From the NCBI GenBank assembly GCA_937625935.1, contig OW569359.1:469597-533596 (forward strand): 64,000 nucleotides of DNA, given 5' to 3'. The position numbers and the translations under genes were made by a program. The DNA comes from Tetramitus jugosus (lineage: Eukaryota > Protista > Heterolobosea). This document shows, piece after piece, positions 12,101 through 22,993 of the stretch; position 1 is the first letter of the stretch; the number at the start of each line of letters is the position of its first letter. The notes under the pieces are model-generated. The model was given only the letters and a program-made list of their open reading frames with translations. It was not told the DNA's origin and made no database searches.

Positions 12101-14724
12101 AATACTTTGCTATTCCTAATATCAATGTTCGTCTGGAGCGCAGCAGCGAGAATGATTCAACAGAGCATGTCGTGATCGATTATGAATCTGTGCCACCTAG
12201 ACAACTCATCATCAAGACTGAAATGAATAAGCAGTTGCAGATGGGTATCAAGGCATCAAAGGTCAGATTGCTCAGTGAGTTGCACATGGCAGCATCCTAT
12301 GGAGAGAGTGATGATAGCAGAGGTACGATGACTCAGGAGGATGTTCCTGGTTCTGTATTGAACATGTGTTTCTTGAATTTGGAATCAAAGTTCCCTCAAA
12401 CGAGAAGAGAAGCATACAATCTGTTGGCTGCCTTGGCCGAACAATTCAGCTTCCCTGTCAAGCTTTTGGAGTCCAACAATGTTTGTGTGCCGCACAACAC
12501 TGGTGATCTTGTGGTGACACTGAGTGAGAAGGTAGCTGGTGCAAAACCATCTCTGACCTCTCAGTTCTTAACTGAAAGTTTGCGAGGCTTTAACAAGGTC
12601 TCCCTTGCATACAAGTTGCTTTGCCTAAAGTACATGAAGCCATGGATTCCAAATTTGGCCAGTGAATACGCTAGAGCTCAAGAATCAAATGATACCACTG
12701 TGATCAACAAGATTAGAGAATGGTTCCCAGAGTTGGTGAAGTCTACCATGGAGTTCCCTGATGTGTACCCAGCAATGTTGAGTGAGTTGTGGGGAGAGAT
12801 TTCAAAGGAGGAATCCTTGGTTGAGATTTCAATGGAATGCATTCTATCCAGTGAAGTCTCACTTGAATCTGCAACCACTGAGAAGAGAGAGATTTTGAAC
12901 GATCTTGTTGTCACTTTGTCCAGTTCTCAATGCTCTGATCTTGTCGTGAACACCATCTTGAATTCTGCAATGACCACATTGAATGAAGAAGTTGTCGATG
13001 CGGAAGAACCAATTGAGAACAATAATGCATGGATCAAATTGATCAGATGTTCCAGATTCTTGCTCATGCTTTCATTCCAGAACAGAATTGATGTGGTGAA
13101 CAACGTTCCAAGCATTTTCTATGTCATCAGTTTGATGGTTGGTCGAGGATCTTATTTTGTGAGATCCACTGTGCACTCTCTGACATTGAACGTCATCCAT
13201 TCATTGGCAACTGCTCTCGAGTTCACCAGGGATCAAATGAAGTTGATTGAGGCTCACTTGGCTGAGTTGAATTCGCCAAAATTCAAGAACATGTTCCTCG
13301 GCAATACTGTTGACTCAACAAATCCATTTGTTGGCCACAAGAGTATCAGCAAGGACAAACCTTATACTCCAACCATGAACGATATTCAAACTCTTGGTAA
13401 TTACATGCTGGATGTGATGAAGACATGTTCTCTAGTCAATGGATTCATTCAACGAGATTGGGAGTCACAGTACAATGAGCTGTACAAACCTAGTTCATCA
13501 TTGAACCAGGTTATCTTGCCTAGAGTGATTACCATCTATGGTGTCATCTCCAAATCGGCTCGTGATCACGAACAGGACTTGCCTTTCCTCTTTGACTGCT
13601 TGTTGGACTCATTCAATGGACAACGATCCAAGGCTGATTTATCGACTGCCATCTTGTTGTACTTTACACAGTATTGTAACAAGATCTCAACTAATGATGC
13701 AATGCTCAGCAAGTTGATTTTGATCCCATTGATGCTTTTGCCATATTGCGACATTATTCTGTACCCTACTGTTCTGAACTTGTTGGAGACAGGTCTGGTG
13801 TCAGTCAGTCAATCTCATCAATTCAATGAGGGTGCCAGCTTCGATGAATATTTCAATCAATATGTGAGAGAACCAAGTCTGGAATCTTACATTCAAAGAT
13901 TTGAGAAGATTATTGGCATTAGCTTGAAGACTCACTTCTCATTTGCTCTGTCTTCATTCTTGATCAAGGGTCTAACACATGCTCAAACCAAGGAAAGAAC
14001 ACTGAAATTCCTGGAATCTGTCCTCGGTATCAGTTGTCAAATTTCTAACATCAAGATGTACAACAAACGTGAAGACAGCATGTCTGAAATCTTAGGTTTT
14101 GCAACCTTGTTGGCGTCATTTGATTTCGACTCCACCATTGCATCCATTGGTATTGACAAGAAACAATTCTTCTCTGAAGAGACATTCTGTCACGATCTCA
14201 GTGGACTATTGTTTACTCGATTGCTACTGCTACTGGTTCAGAACATGGAATCCGAAGTCGAAAAGATTGCTGTTTACAAGTTGTTGCAACATGTTTACAA
14301 GAAGATTCCATTCGTGTTCGAAGGTTATCAATCTGACATTACGCCTCGAGTCATTCAACAGTACACACTCGCTTCAAGAACTTCAAACTACACTGCCCTT
14401 CCAGAAACAATTTTGGGTCTGGTCAACACAATCATGTCTGTCGGTGGACTGGAGAAGTCTGTTCCAGTGAGCACCAACTCCGACGTACTCAAGGATATTC
14501 TGTTCTTGGGTGTGACAAGACTTGGTTCTTTCAGAGGACTGAACGAACAGACTGCTGTCGAGTGTTGTGCAGTCATGTCTGATTTCGTCAGGGCTACATT
14601 CCCTAATGGAGCAGGTAAGACAGAGATTGTCAAGGGTAAGATTTATAGAAGACCTCGTCAAAGCAGAATCGGTAACCAACCAAACATTCAATTGCAAAGT
14701 CAATGTGAATACTATGACGACTAA
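6101..14724 (+). CDS. NF1: Neurofibromin-like RasGAP (GRD + Sec14/CRAL-TRIO-PH + HEAT scaffold); exons 6101-6193 and 6304-14724, about 2837 aa
   Basis: Arginine finger 'LFRANS', 'VLRFLNPSI', 'KLLQNVAN', Sec14-like 'FFYKRGVSKDQRPVLYF', 'DVPGSVLNMCFLNL'; phase-0 intron gtacgt...tag at 6194-6303 joins the upstream ATG exon in frame. Confidence 0.93.
6495..6900 (+). repeat. Coding AAC/AAT/AGT/AGC trinucleotide tracts (poly-Asn/poly-Ser) in the NF1 N-terminus
   Basis: Runs such as aacaacaacaacaataataac and agtagtagtagtagc are directly visible. Confidence 0.9.
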
Positions 14725-14753
14725 ATAAATTTTATTTTACAATTATCAACACC

Positions 14754-14853
14754 GAGACCGACTTTTGTCCCAAATAATTCGTGATGACCTTTTTGCCCAA
14801 GTATTCGAGATGACTTTTATTCCCTGTTATTCCGGATGACCTTGCCAATATCC
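14754..14853 (+). repeat. Four imperfect tandem ~26-bp repeats upstream of the aldo-keto reductase
   Basis: gagaccgacttttgtcccaaataattc / gtgatgacctttttgcccaagtattc / gagatgacttttattccctgttattc / cggatgaccttgccaatatcc. Confidence 0.8.
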
Positions 14854-14900
14854 ATAAACAAACAAAAACTCAACAAGAAGATCTAGTCCTACCACCAACC

Positions 14901-15770
14901 ATGTCTGCCAACAAGCTCACGATCAAGACCGTTGTCCAACTCCATAATGGCGTCCAAATGCCAATCTGTGGCCTGGGAACATACAAATCCATTGACACTA
15001 TTGAACAAGCCATTCAGTCTGCCTATTTCACGTGTAAGATGACTCATTTGGACACTGCAGCCTTGTACCACAATGAAGCCGAGATTGGTTCAGCAATCAA
15101 GAGATTAAAGATTCCACGTGAGAATCTCTTCATTACAAGCAAGCTGTGGTACACTGAGCATGGATACAAGAAAACTTTGGCTGCATTCAAGAAGACAATT
15201 GAAAAGTTGGGTACGGACTATTTGGATCTCTACTTGGTTCATTGGCCATTCACAAACAAGGATTCCAGCCATGCACAGCTCAGAAGAGAGACTTGGAGAG
15301 CCATGGAAGAGCTGTATCAACAGGGAAAGTGCAAAGCTATTGGGGTGAGCAATTACACAGAAAAGCACTTGAGAGAAATGTTGGACAATGATAGTCCTTA
15401 CAAGGTCAACATTGTACCAATGGTCAACCAATTCGAGCTCCATCCAAAGCTCACTCGGAAATCTTTGATCCAGTACTGTCGAAGACATGATATTGTTGTG
15501 GTGTCACATTCACCTTTTGTCAAGGGACAATTGTTGTCCAATACCAAACTGCAAAAGATTGCCAACAAGTATCAAGTCGAGGCTCCACAGCTCATTATCC
15601 GATGGCTGTTGCAACAAGAGATCGTCTGCATTCCAAAGAGTGAAAAACCTGAGCGAATTGTCCAGAATGCCAGTGTTTTCCACTTTGAGATCTCAGATGA
15701 GGACATGAAGAGAATTGATGACATGAATGAAGATTTTTACTGTACATGGGATCCTAATGAAATCGAATAA
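14901..15770 (+). CDS. Aldo-keto reductase (AKR1/AKR5-like)
   Basis: 'GLGTY', 'DTAALY', 'FITSKLW', 'DLYLVHWP', 'IGVSNY', 'IPKS'; catalytic D/Y/K/H tetrad intact. Confidence 0.97.
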   Translation: MSANKLTIKTVVQLHNGVQMPICGLGTYKSIDTIEQAIQSAYFTCKMTHLDTAALYHNEAEIGSAIKRLKIPRENLFITSKLWYTEHGYKKTLAAFKKTIEKLGTDYLDLYLVHWPFTNKDSSHAQLRRETWRAMEELYQQGKCKAIGVSNYTEKHLREMLDNDSPYKVNIVPMVNQFELHPKLTRKSLIQYCRRHDIVVVSHSPFVKGQLLSNTKLQKIANKYQVEAPQLIIRWLLQQEIVCIPKSEKPERIVQNASVFHFEISDEDMKRIDDMNEDFYCTWDPNEIE

Positions 15771-15949
15771 AAAGGACTTATCTTTTCATTCGGTCAAGGC
15801 AGGAACTTGAACAAATCGCGGATTTATGAGTCCTTCTCTTTGGAAATTCACCCCTTATCCGTCAATCAACCATCATTAATAAGTGCACCATCACAAACTC
15901 CAGAGTGAAACACCAACAAACATAACAAAGAAACGTCACAGTTGCTCCC

Positions 15950-16279
15950 ATGAAAGGATTCATACTACTTCTGTTGTTTATTAGCATTAGCTTGATTAAC
16001 CTCCAAGCACAGGTGATTCACGCACAACCAGCATCAGCTTGTCAAAGCTACGAACATTGTCGTCCACTTATCGAAAAGTACCAATCGATGATTGCTCAAT
16101 ACCATCGTGATATCAGCAACATGTATTCGGTAGGAGGTCCTTCTCACATCTCTACATCTCACATTTCCGATGCAGAATACAACATTCCTGTTGTGGAGAG
16201 AGAAGTTGTAGCAGATTGTGGTTGTTTTCTAAGTCTGGAGCTCTCCATATGGAGGCCATTTGTACCACGCTCATGGTAG
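15950..16279 (+). CDS. Small secreted Cys-containing hypothetical protein
   Basis: Clear signal peptide (MKGFILLLLFISISLINLQA); 109 aa; 4 Cys. Confidence 0.55.
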   Translation: MKGFILLLLFISISLINLQAQVIHAQPASACQSYEHCRPLIEKYQSMIAQYHRDISNMYSVGGPSHISTSHISDAEYNIPVVEREVVADCGCFLSLELSIWRPFVPRSW

Positions 16280-16459
16280 GAACTAACTGGTCCTTTCTCA
16301 ATAAAACTTTGATCCAACGAAACCGATATGCCATTGAATCCTTCCATTGTTCCTGACTTATTCCTGCACCCTGAATCAGAGTGCAAGCTTTTTGTTGAAC
16401 TTTGAAAATTTCACCGCGCATTTGATAACAAAAAAAAAACTAAAACAAAGAGTGAAAAA

Positions 16460-17077
16460 ATGGCATCAACAAAATCACAACTAGTGACACCAGGCACGAT
16501 CCTAGGTCAAACAGAACAATACATGAATGGACCAGGCACCTACATTCGCAACACCAATGACACTGGTCGGATTTATGCCTCTATTGTCGGAAAAACTCAA
16601 ATCACCGCGCCAAAAACTGCGCAAGAAAAACCGACGATTGAGGTGATCCCGCCAACCAATCCCTCCACATTTGCATCTACGGTTCTCGTTCCACAAATTT
16701 CTGACCTTGTGACGGCGCGAGTCATCAAAATTACACCACAGTTGGCCAAGGTGGAAATTTTGGTCGTTGGTGATAAAGCTTTGGACATTCATACGACATT
16801 TAGTGGTGTGATTAGGCAGCAGGATGTGAGAGCTACCGATATTGACAAGGTTCAAATTCAAACATCGTACAGACCAGGTGACATTGTGAAAGCTAGAGTC
16901 ATCTCGTTGGGAGATACCAGAAGCTATTATCTGAGCACTGCTAGCAACGATTTGGGTGTGATATTTGCAACGAGTGCTGTGGGTCAGGCACCAATGATAC
17001 CTGTGAGCTGGAATGAGATGCAATGCAGCAAAACAGGACTCAGAGAACAGCGAAAAGTGGCAAAAGTCAATGTATAA
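16460..17077 (+). CDS. CSL4: Exosome complex cap subunit Csl4/EXOSC1
   Basis: 'VTPG..LG', 'GPGTY', S1 domain 'FSGVIRQQDVRATDIDKV..SYRPGDIVKARVISLG', C-terminal 'MIPVSWNEMQC..TG.REQRKVA'. Confidence 0.96.
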   Translation: MASTKSQLVTPGTILGQTEQYMNGPGTYIRNTNDTGRIYASIVGKTQITAPKTAQEKPTIEVIPPTNPSTFASTVLVPQISDLVTARVIKITPQLAKVEILVVGDKALDIHTTFSGVIRQQDVRATDIDKVQIQTSYRPGDIVKARVISLGDTRSYYLSTASNDLGVIFATSAVGQAPMIPVSWNEMQCSKTGLREQRKVAKVNV

Positions 17078-17152
17078 AACAACAGTTTTTTCTGATACTA
17101 GTGTTCGCGATTGTTATCCTTATTGGTATATTGGTATTTGTTTTTGATATCC

Positions 17153-19375
17153 TCAGAGTGCATTGGGTGCTTGAGGCATACAAAAGTTGTAAAATGTGTT
17201 TTCAAGGAAAATTTGATCCGCACGTTTCCATCCACACCATCCATCTCTTATGATGACTTCCAATCCACTCGCTGTGTTCGTATTGAGGTGTGCATTGTAT
17301 TGGTTGTGAGTAGTTGGCTTACTATCGCTTTCCTCTCCACCATAGAACACAGTGTCCGATCCACGATAATGAGGATCCAGAATGAGAAAGCGTGTGTTTT
17401 CTATCGTATTCACTTCATCGTACTGTATTCCGAGCAGTGTGTACGCTAGAACTCCACCACCAATCATAACTGGAGTACCATGGTCATCAAAATGTCGCAC
17501 AAGAGCTCTCAAATGATTTTCCATGAGATCCTTCTTGTTCGAAACGTAGAGTACTTTGCACTCAATGTTGCACACTTGACCGATAATGTACGTGTTTTCC
17601 ATGGCACCAATCCATTGCCTGCTATTCAAGAATGATTTTTGTTTGTCTCCCAAATGAACGAGAATCGCTTGCATTTCAGGTATGTTGGGCACTGGACTGC
17701 TCGTGCAGGATAGGTTATTCATCTTCAAGTACGAGATGAGTGTTTGACAACTGCGGTAGGCACATCCCCATCCATCGTCTTGGAATCCATCTTGTAAATA
17801 ATGATAATAGGTATAGGATCCTTTGACAGTGACCAGCTTTGTTGTTGCATTGTTTGCGACTGTAGGCAGTGGTTTCACAAACAGGTGCACATTACTCAAT
17901 TTAGGAGATCGCGAGGATTGCAGCCCAGAGTGACTACTTGTGTCATCGCGTCCAAACGGAAGCGCCTTACCAAATCGTAAAACAGGTGCATTTGGTGGTA
18001 GGAAGTACATGGTATGGTACAATGATCGCTCAGATATAGACATTGGTGTCGTTTGCTCATCAGATATACTGTCAGAATAGAATGTGCATCTAGTTGTGAT
18101 CACATGTGGATAGGAATAGCTTGGCAAGTGATGAACAAAATAAATGTGCTTTGGAGTCCTATTGTTGTCCGTGCTCTTCTCATTGTGAGACAATAGAGTA
18201 TGAACCATGTGCAGTTGCGCGTTGAGCTTATCAACTATGGCTTGATTCAATTCGGAGAGTGACATGCCAGGGTCAATGTACCCAAACACATTCAGCAACA
18301 CAGAAACCGTGTTCGATTCGTTCGAAATTGAGACTTGGCTCGGTTGCAAATCATTGTCCAACAGCGATGAAGATGAATAAAGTGTACATGGAACCGTGCA
18401 ATGACAAATCACATCTCTCTGATCCACTGTCATTTTCAGTTCTCTATTATCTTGATTGTTTCGATCAGAGTGACTGACCGTCAGTTTGAACTTGATCATA
18501 GTTTCTCTAGGGGCAGGTGGAGTAAACGAAATTTCACCTCCAAATGACTTGTCATCACCACTGCCACTAACAACAGAAGATGAAGAAGAAGGTCGATTCT
18601 TTTTGCTGGCTATATGTTTCTTCTTTTGACTCGTAGTTGCAGAATAATCAGCATCCACAGAATTCTTCTCATCACTGCAATTCACCTTCAAATGTTCAAG
18701 TATGGAACTTGTGCCAAGCAATGGTTCATGATTCCATTGATTCACAACGAGTGACCTGTCAAGAGACAACCGAGGAGGCTGTTGTCTATTGATCGAAATT
18801 TCAACACTTGTGCTGCAGTTGACAAGCACAAAACTGTCCTTGAATTCATCTTGTATAGCACTGCTGCGAGTCAAATATTGAACATGTTGAAGTGTTTCCA
18901 GACTTGTAGCTGATTGTAAGCTACCCTCTTGGTAATAGCGTAGCTCTCTATCATGGTCTCCAATAATCAAGCATTGCCTCCATTTTTCATCATTGCTCCA
19001 AAGCTTCGGATCAATCGTAAATGGTGGTTCGTTTTTGGCGCCAAAGTCAATCTTGGCGGGATATTGAGATTGATCCGACAAGCGAAACAAATCTCGGGTC
19101 ATGAAAAGACCAATAATGTCCAAACCAATTGGTAATGAAGATCTTATGAAAGAGATGGCATCATCAATGACTGACTCCTCATATTCAACACAACTACTAT
19201 TGCTTACTGGAAGTGGGAATTGACAGAAATTGAAAATGATATTTCGAGTGCCAATTAGATATCCCCACCGAGATTGGGTATCTTTTTCTCTCAATAATTG
19301 ATCAACAAGTGAGTCTCTTGCATTGGTCACAATTTTCATTTTTTCTTTCAGTTTTTTGTCGGCATAATTTTTCAT
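17153..19375 (-). CDS. UFSP2: UFM1-specific protease 2 (peptidase C78)
   Basis: 'YYHYLQDGFQDDGWGCAYRSCQT' (catalytic Cys), 'PVMIGGGVLAYTLLG', 'LILDPHY' (Asp/His); long N-terminal region as in UFSP2. Confidence 0.92.
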   Translation of the reverse strand: MKNYADKKLKEKMKIVTNARDSLVDQLLREKDTQSRWGYLIGTRNIIFNFCQFPLPVSNSSCVEYEESVIDDAISFIRSSLPIGLDIIGLFMTRDLFRLSDQSQYPAKIDFGAKNEPPFTIDPKLWSNDEKWRQCLIIGDHDRELRYYQEGSLQSATSLETLQHVQYLTRSSAIQDEFKDSFVLVNCSTSVEISINRQQPPRLSLDRSLVVNQWNHEPLLGTSSILEHLKVNCSDEKNSVDADYSATTSQKKKHIASKKNRPSSSSSVVSGSGDDKSFGGEISFTPPAPRETMIKFKLTVSHSDRNNQDNRELKMTVDQRDVICHCTVPCTLYSSSSLLDNDLQPSQVSISNESNTVSVLLNVFGYIDPGMSLSELNQAIVDKLNAQLHMVHTLLSHNEKSTDNNRTPKHIYFVHHLPSYSYPHVITTRCTFYSDSISDEQTTPMSISERSLYHTMYFLPPNAPVLRFGKALPFGRDDTSSHSGLQSSRSPKLSNVHLFVKPLPTVANNATTKLVTVKGSYTYYHYLQDGFQDDGWGCAYRSCQTLISYLKMNNLSCTSSPVPNIPEMQAILVHLGDKQKSFLNSRQWIGAMENTYIIGQVCNIECKVLYVSNKKDLMENHLRALVRHFDDHGTPVMIGGGVLAYTLLGIQYDEVNTIENTRFLILDPHYRGSDTVFYGGEESDSKPTTHNQYNAHLNTNTASGLEVIIRDGWCGWKRADQIFLENTFYNFCMPQAPNAL

Positions 19376-19479
19376 CGGCCAATTTATGAAAAACTACAGT
19401 TAGATAGGTTGGCGCTTTTCTCGCACCACCATAAGAACAAATTGATTTTTGTCTGGGAGACAACGGTTAGATAGTACAA

Positions 19480-20910
19480 ATGTTCACTCGAGGAAAAAAC
19501 TTTGGTAATGAGAAGAATTACCTCATCCAACAGAGGATAAAGAAGGAACAGCATCATCAGGTGTTTACTGAGCTCAATCAGAGAGAATTAAAAGAAAGAA
19601 TTGTGGCCGACTGGGAAACAAACACCCACAAGAAGATTCAAAAGAATGCCATCAAGGAGAGTATTGAAACGTTGAAGAGACAGTATCGTCAACAAGTTGA
19701 AAGAAGAAGAGACATGTTGGCAGAGAAGTTGGCATTGGAGCAACAAGAGTATCAGAATGAGCTCGACAATATGAGAGAGACACCACAGGAACGAAGGGAA
19801 AGAATTGAGACACGAGCCAAACAGTTGAATGAACAGAGAGAACAGAGAAGAAACGAAATTGTTCAAATGAAGTACAGACAGCAGTTCAGAGAAGACTGTG
19901 ACGAGTTAAGAGAAGCGAAAAGTAAAATTCTGAACCAAAAATGTGCCAAGGATAGACAATTACAGACATTGGAGAAGTTCGAAAGGAATCAAGAGGATAT
20001 TGAAGAGAAGCAATACTTTAACGAACTGTGGGAACAAGATAGGTTGAAGAAAATGGAGAGAGAACGAATGGAGGTGGAGAAGGAGAAGGAAATTAATCTC
20101 ATGCTAAGAACGCATCTTGATCAACAAAATAGAGAACTTGCGGAACACAGAGATGCAATCGAGCATTTGAAGCAACAAGAGAGTGCATTGATGCGAGAGA
20201 GGTGGGAGTTGGAAGAACAAGAAGAACTGAGAAAACAAAGAGAGAAGAGAGAACAATTGAGAAGTATTCGCAAACAATGTGAAAGATATGATCGTCAAAA
20301 TCAAGAGCTCAAATTAGCTGAGATTACACGAGAGAGACAACTAGATGTTCGATTGTTGAACCAAATTCTTGAAAGGGAGAGGGGTGAGAATGAGGAAATA
20401 ACGAACCGAAAGAGAGAATTTAGACGAGAGGTTGCCAATTACCGAGGCTTCCTGTTGGAGCAGATGAAGAAGGAAGAGGACGATAGTAAGATACTAGATA
20501 AGGTTGTGAAGAGGGAAAATGAACATCAATGGGAGAAGAGAATGGAAGTTTGGAGAAAGGAACAGGAAGCTAGAGATCGATTGATGAAAGATGTGATCAC
20601 AGAACGAAAGAGACAAATCCAAGAGAAACTGCAAGCGAATAAAGAGGAGGCAGAGAGAAGAATTAGGGAAAGATCTCGAATACTACGGAAAGTGGAGGAG
20701 ATGGAGCGAGAGCAGAGCACTCAGAGAGTGGTACAAAAGCAGGAAGTACTCAAGCATCAGCAAGATATTAAGAGACAAATTGCCGAAAAGGAGATGGTTG
20801 CCATTAAGCAGCAGCAACTAGCCGAAGCAGAGTACAGAGCACAACAGTATGCCAAGGAGGCATATCAGAGAGCTCTTGCTGAAGAATTAGCACTTATCCA
20901 ACAACAATAA
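19480..20910 (+). CDS. CFAP53: Cilia- and flagella-associated protein 53 (CCDC11; trichoplein-type coiled coil)
   Basis: E/R/Q/K-rich coiled coil with 'RRDMLAEKL.LEQQEY..EL...ETP.ER' and 'QQFREDCDELR'. Confidence 0.75.
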   Translation: MFTRGKNFGNEKNYLIQQRIKKEQHHQVFTELNQRELKERIVADWETNTHKKIQKNAIKESIETLKRQYRQQVERRRDMLAEKLALEQQEYQNELDNMRETPQERRERIETRAKQLNEQREQRRNEIVQMKYRQQFREDCDELREAKSKILNQKCAKDRQLQTLEKFERNQEDIEEKQYFNELWEQDRLKKMERERMEVEKEKEINLMLRTHLDQQNRELAEHRDAIEHLKQQESALMRERWELEEQEELRKQREKREQLRSIRKQCERYDRQNQELKLAEITRERQLDVRLLNQILERERGENEEITNRKREFRREVANYRGFLLEQMKKEEDDSKILDKVVKRENEHQWEKRMEVWRKEQEARDRLMKDVITERKRQIQEKLQANKEEAERRIRERSRILRKVEEMEREQSTQRVVQKQEVLKHQQDIKRQIAEKEMVAIKQQQLAEAEYRAQQYAKEAYQRALAEELALIQQQ

Positions 20911-20966
20911 TCTTAATCATCATTCTTACTAAAATGCACAGTTTTAGTTAAACATTAGCTTGTACA

Positions 20967-21659
20967 CTAATTTTGTTGAGAATCTGTCCACAAGAGATCC
21001 AATTCAGGCTTCTCTTCAATGTCAGTCATCCTTTGCTTAATCAAATTCTGAATGTCCATCTGAACTTGCTCAATCGATTGAGATGCATCCACAATGCAAA
21101 CCTTTGAGTCCTTAATACCATTCCACTCAAACAATTGCATAAACTTTTCTCTTACAATCTTCTGGAAGGCTACCTTCTCATATCTCTCCTCTCCGTAGGC
21201 ACTTCTCTTGGCTGCCACTTCTGGATCGACATCCAAAAAGATGACAACATCAGGCTCAGGCAACCCCACATCACAATTCCTACACCAGTCCATTGAAAGT
21301 CCCTTGGTTGCAGAATAGGCGACACCAGAGTAAGCATAGCGACCACAGACAATGGAAGTGCCTTGCCGTATCAGAGCTTTCAATTCATTCTCCTTTTCCC
21401 ATCGATTGGCAGAGAACATGAGATGAATGGCCTTATCATTCATGTTTTGCTTGTTTCTCAGGTAGGCGTCACAAGATTGACCAATTGTTGTGCTCCGATC
21501 TGGAAAATTCCATTCTTCAACAACAACTGAACATGGATGGTCCTGTTGCTGTTGTTGGAGGAATTGACAAGTTTTTTGAATCTGGGTGCTCTTGCCACAA
21601 CGATCCAATCCTTCAATTACAATAAACAGACCTCTCTTTCGTACCACACTTGTCGACAT
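20967..21659 (-). CDS. DTYMK: Thymidylate (dTMP) kinase
   Basis: 'RGLFIVIEGLDRCGKSTQ', 'FPDRST.IG', 'IHLMFSANRWE', 'GLPEPD', 'YGEERYE...FQ'. Confidence 0.96.
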   Translation of the reverse strand: MSTSVVRKRGLFIVIEGLDRCGKSTQIQKTCQFLQQQQQDHPCSVVVEEWNFPDRSTTIGQSCDAYLRNKQNMNDKAIHLMFSANRWEKENELKALIRQGTSIVCGRYAYSGVAYSATKGLSMDWCRNCDVGLPEPDVVIFLDVDPEVAAKRSAYGEERYEKVAFQKIVREKFMQLFEWNGIKDSKVCIVDASQSIEQVQMDIQNLIKQRMTDIEEKPELDLLWTDSQQN

Positions 21660-21683
21660 GATGTTTCTGTTGTTTGTTGTGAA

Positions 21684-21692
21684 TTTGGCGCC
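21684..21692. promoter_or_regulatory. E2F-consensus site (TTTGGCGCC) in the short bidirectional promoter between dTMP kinase and GALM
   Basis: Matches TTTSSCGC, 25 bp upstream of the dTMP kinase ATG. Confidence 0.45.
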
Positions 21693-21802
21693 AATATTCT
21701 GCTAAATTCGATTTTGTAACGGTCAGACAGAAATCAGAATGTTCCATTCAGATGTCCGGATCTCAAGGAAGGAAAAAAAGAAAGAAAACCAATCTGAGAG
21801 AA

Positions 21803-22906
21803 ATGTCAAAGAGTAAATCACATCTGAGTCTGATCTCCAATGGCTTTGGCAATGGCTATGACCTGTACTCGCTGCACAATTCCAAGAATACCACTGTAGA
21901 GATCACAAACTACGGTGCAACCATCACAAGAATTCAAACTGTTGATAAGCAAGGTCAAAAAGGCTGTATTACTCTGGGATTCGACGACTGGGATCAACAT
22001 GTAAAGCATTCGAGGTATTTTGGCTGCATTGTCGGTCGATATGCCAATCGGATTGCACTTGGAAAGTTTCCGCTCGTTGTAAGGTCTGCTCGCGACGATG
22101 AGGAAGAGGAGAAGACTGTGGTTTATGAACTGTTGGCCAAGAATAATGGAGAAAATCATTTACATGGTGGAACAGAGGGCTTCGACAAGAAGAAATGGGA
22201 GTTGATTGAGGATATTAAGGATCACGACAATCATTCCATTGTTGGTGTGAAGCTGCAGTATGTGAGTGCAGATGGAGAGGAAGGATATCCAGGTGAATTG
22301 ACTACACAGGTCACCTATACTCTCAATGAGGACAATGAGTTGAGAATCGAGTACGATGCGTGGGTCAATGGCAATCAACAAACCATTTTGAACTTGACCA
22401 ATCACTCGTACTTTAACTTGACTGGTGATGCAGTTAAGGAAAACGTTTTGGACCACCAAGTGACAATTTGTGCTGACAAGATCACAGGAGTAAACCAGAG
22501 TTTGATTCCAACAGGTGAGTTGGTCTCTGTACAGGGCACACCACTCGACTTTAGACAGTCGCACTCTATTGGTGAACGTCTTCATCAGATTGAGCCCGGA
22601 TACGACCATAATTACGTATTGAACAAGAAGCAACAGTCTGGTGATTTGGAGTTGGCAGCTACTGTGTGTGAACCAAAATCGGGTAGAACAATGGAGTGCT
22701 ACACAACTCAACCAGGTGTTCAATTCTACACTGGCAATTTCCTTTCGCAAGATGTTCACACATTTGACAAGTATCATGGTTTTTGCTTGGAGACTCAACA
22801 CTATCCTGATTCTCCCAATCATCCAGAATTCCCAACAACAGTGTTGAAACCAAACGAGCATTTCAAGGAAGTGACCGTGTACAAGTTTGGTGTGAAGAAT
22901 GAGTAG
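21803..22906 (+). CDS. GALM: Aldose 1-epimerase (galactose mutarotase); alternative start at 21752
   Basis: 'YFGCIVGRYANRI', 'NHLHGG', 'EGYPG', 'NLTNHSYFNL', 'GYDHNY', 'FCLETQHYPDSPN'. Confidence 0.97.
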   Translation: MSKSKSHLSLISNGFGNGYDLYSLHNSKNTTVEITNYGATITRIQTVDKQGQKGCITLGFDDWDQHVKHSRYFGCIVGRYANRIALGKFPLVVRSARDDEEEEKTVVYELLAKNNGENHLHGGTEGFDKKKWELIEDIKDHDNHSIVGVKLQYVSADGEEGYPGELTTQVTYTLNEDNELRIEYDAWVNGNQQTILNLTNHSYFNLTGDAVKENVLDHQVTICADKITGVNQSLIPTGELVSVQGTPLDFRQSHSIGERLHQIEPGYDHNYVLNKKQQSGDLELAATVCEPKSGRTMECYTTQPGVQFYTGNFLSQDVHTFDKYHGFCLETQHYPDSPNHPEFPTTVLKPNEHFKEVTVYKFGVKNE

Positions 22907-22993
22907 TCTTGCTTTATTCAACAACAAAGATATTATCACCTGGGATGTCATGAACCAAGGAGAACATATGGAGCACCACAAATCTTTCTTGCA

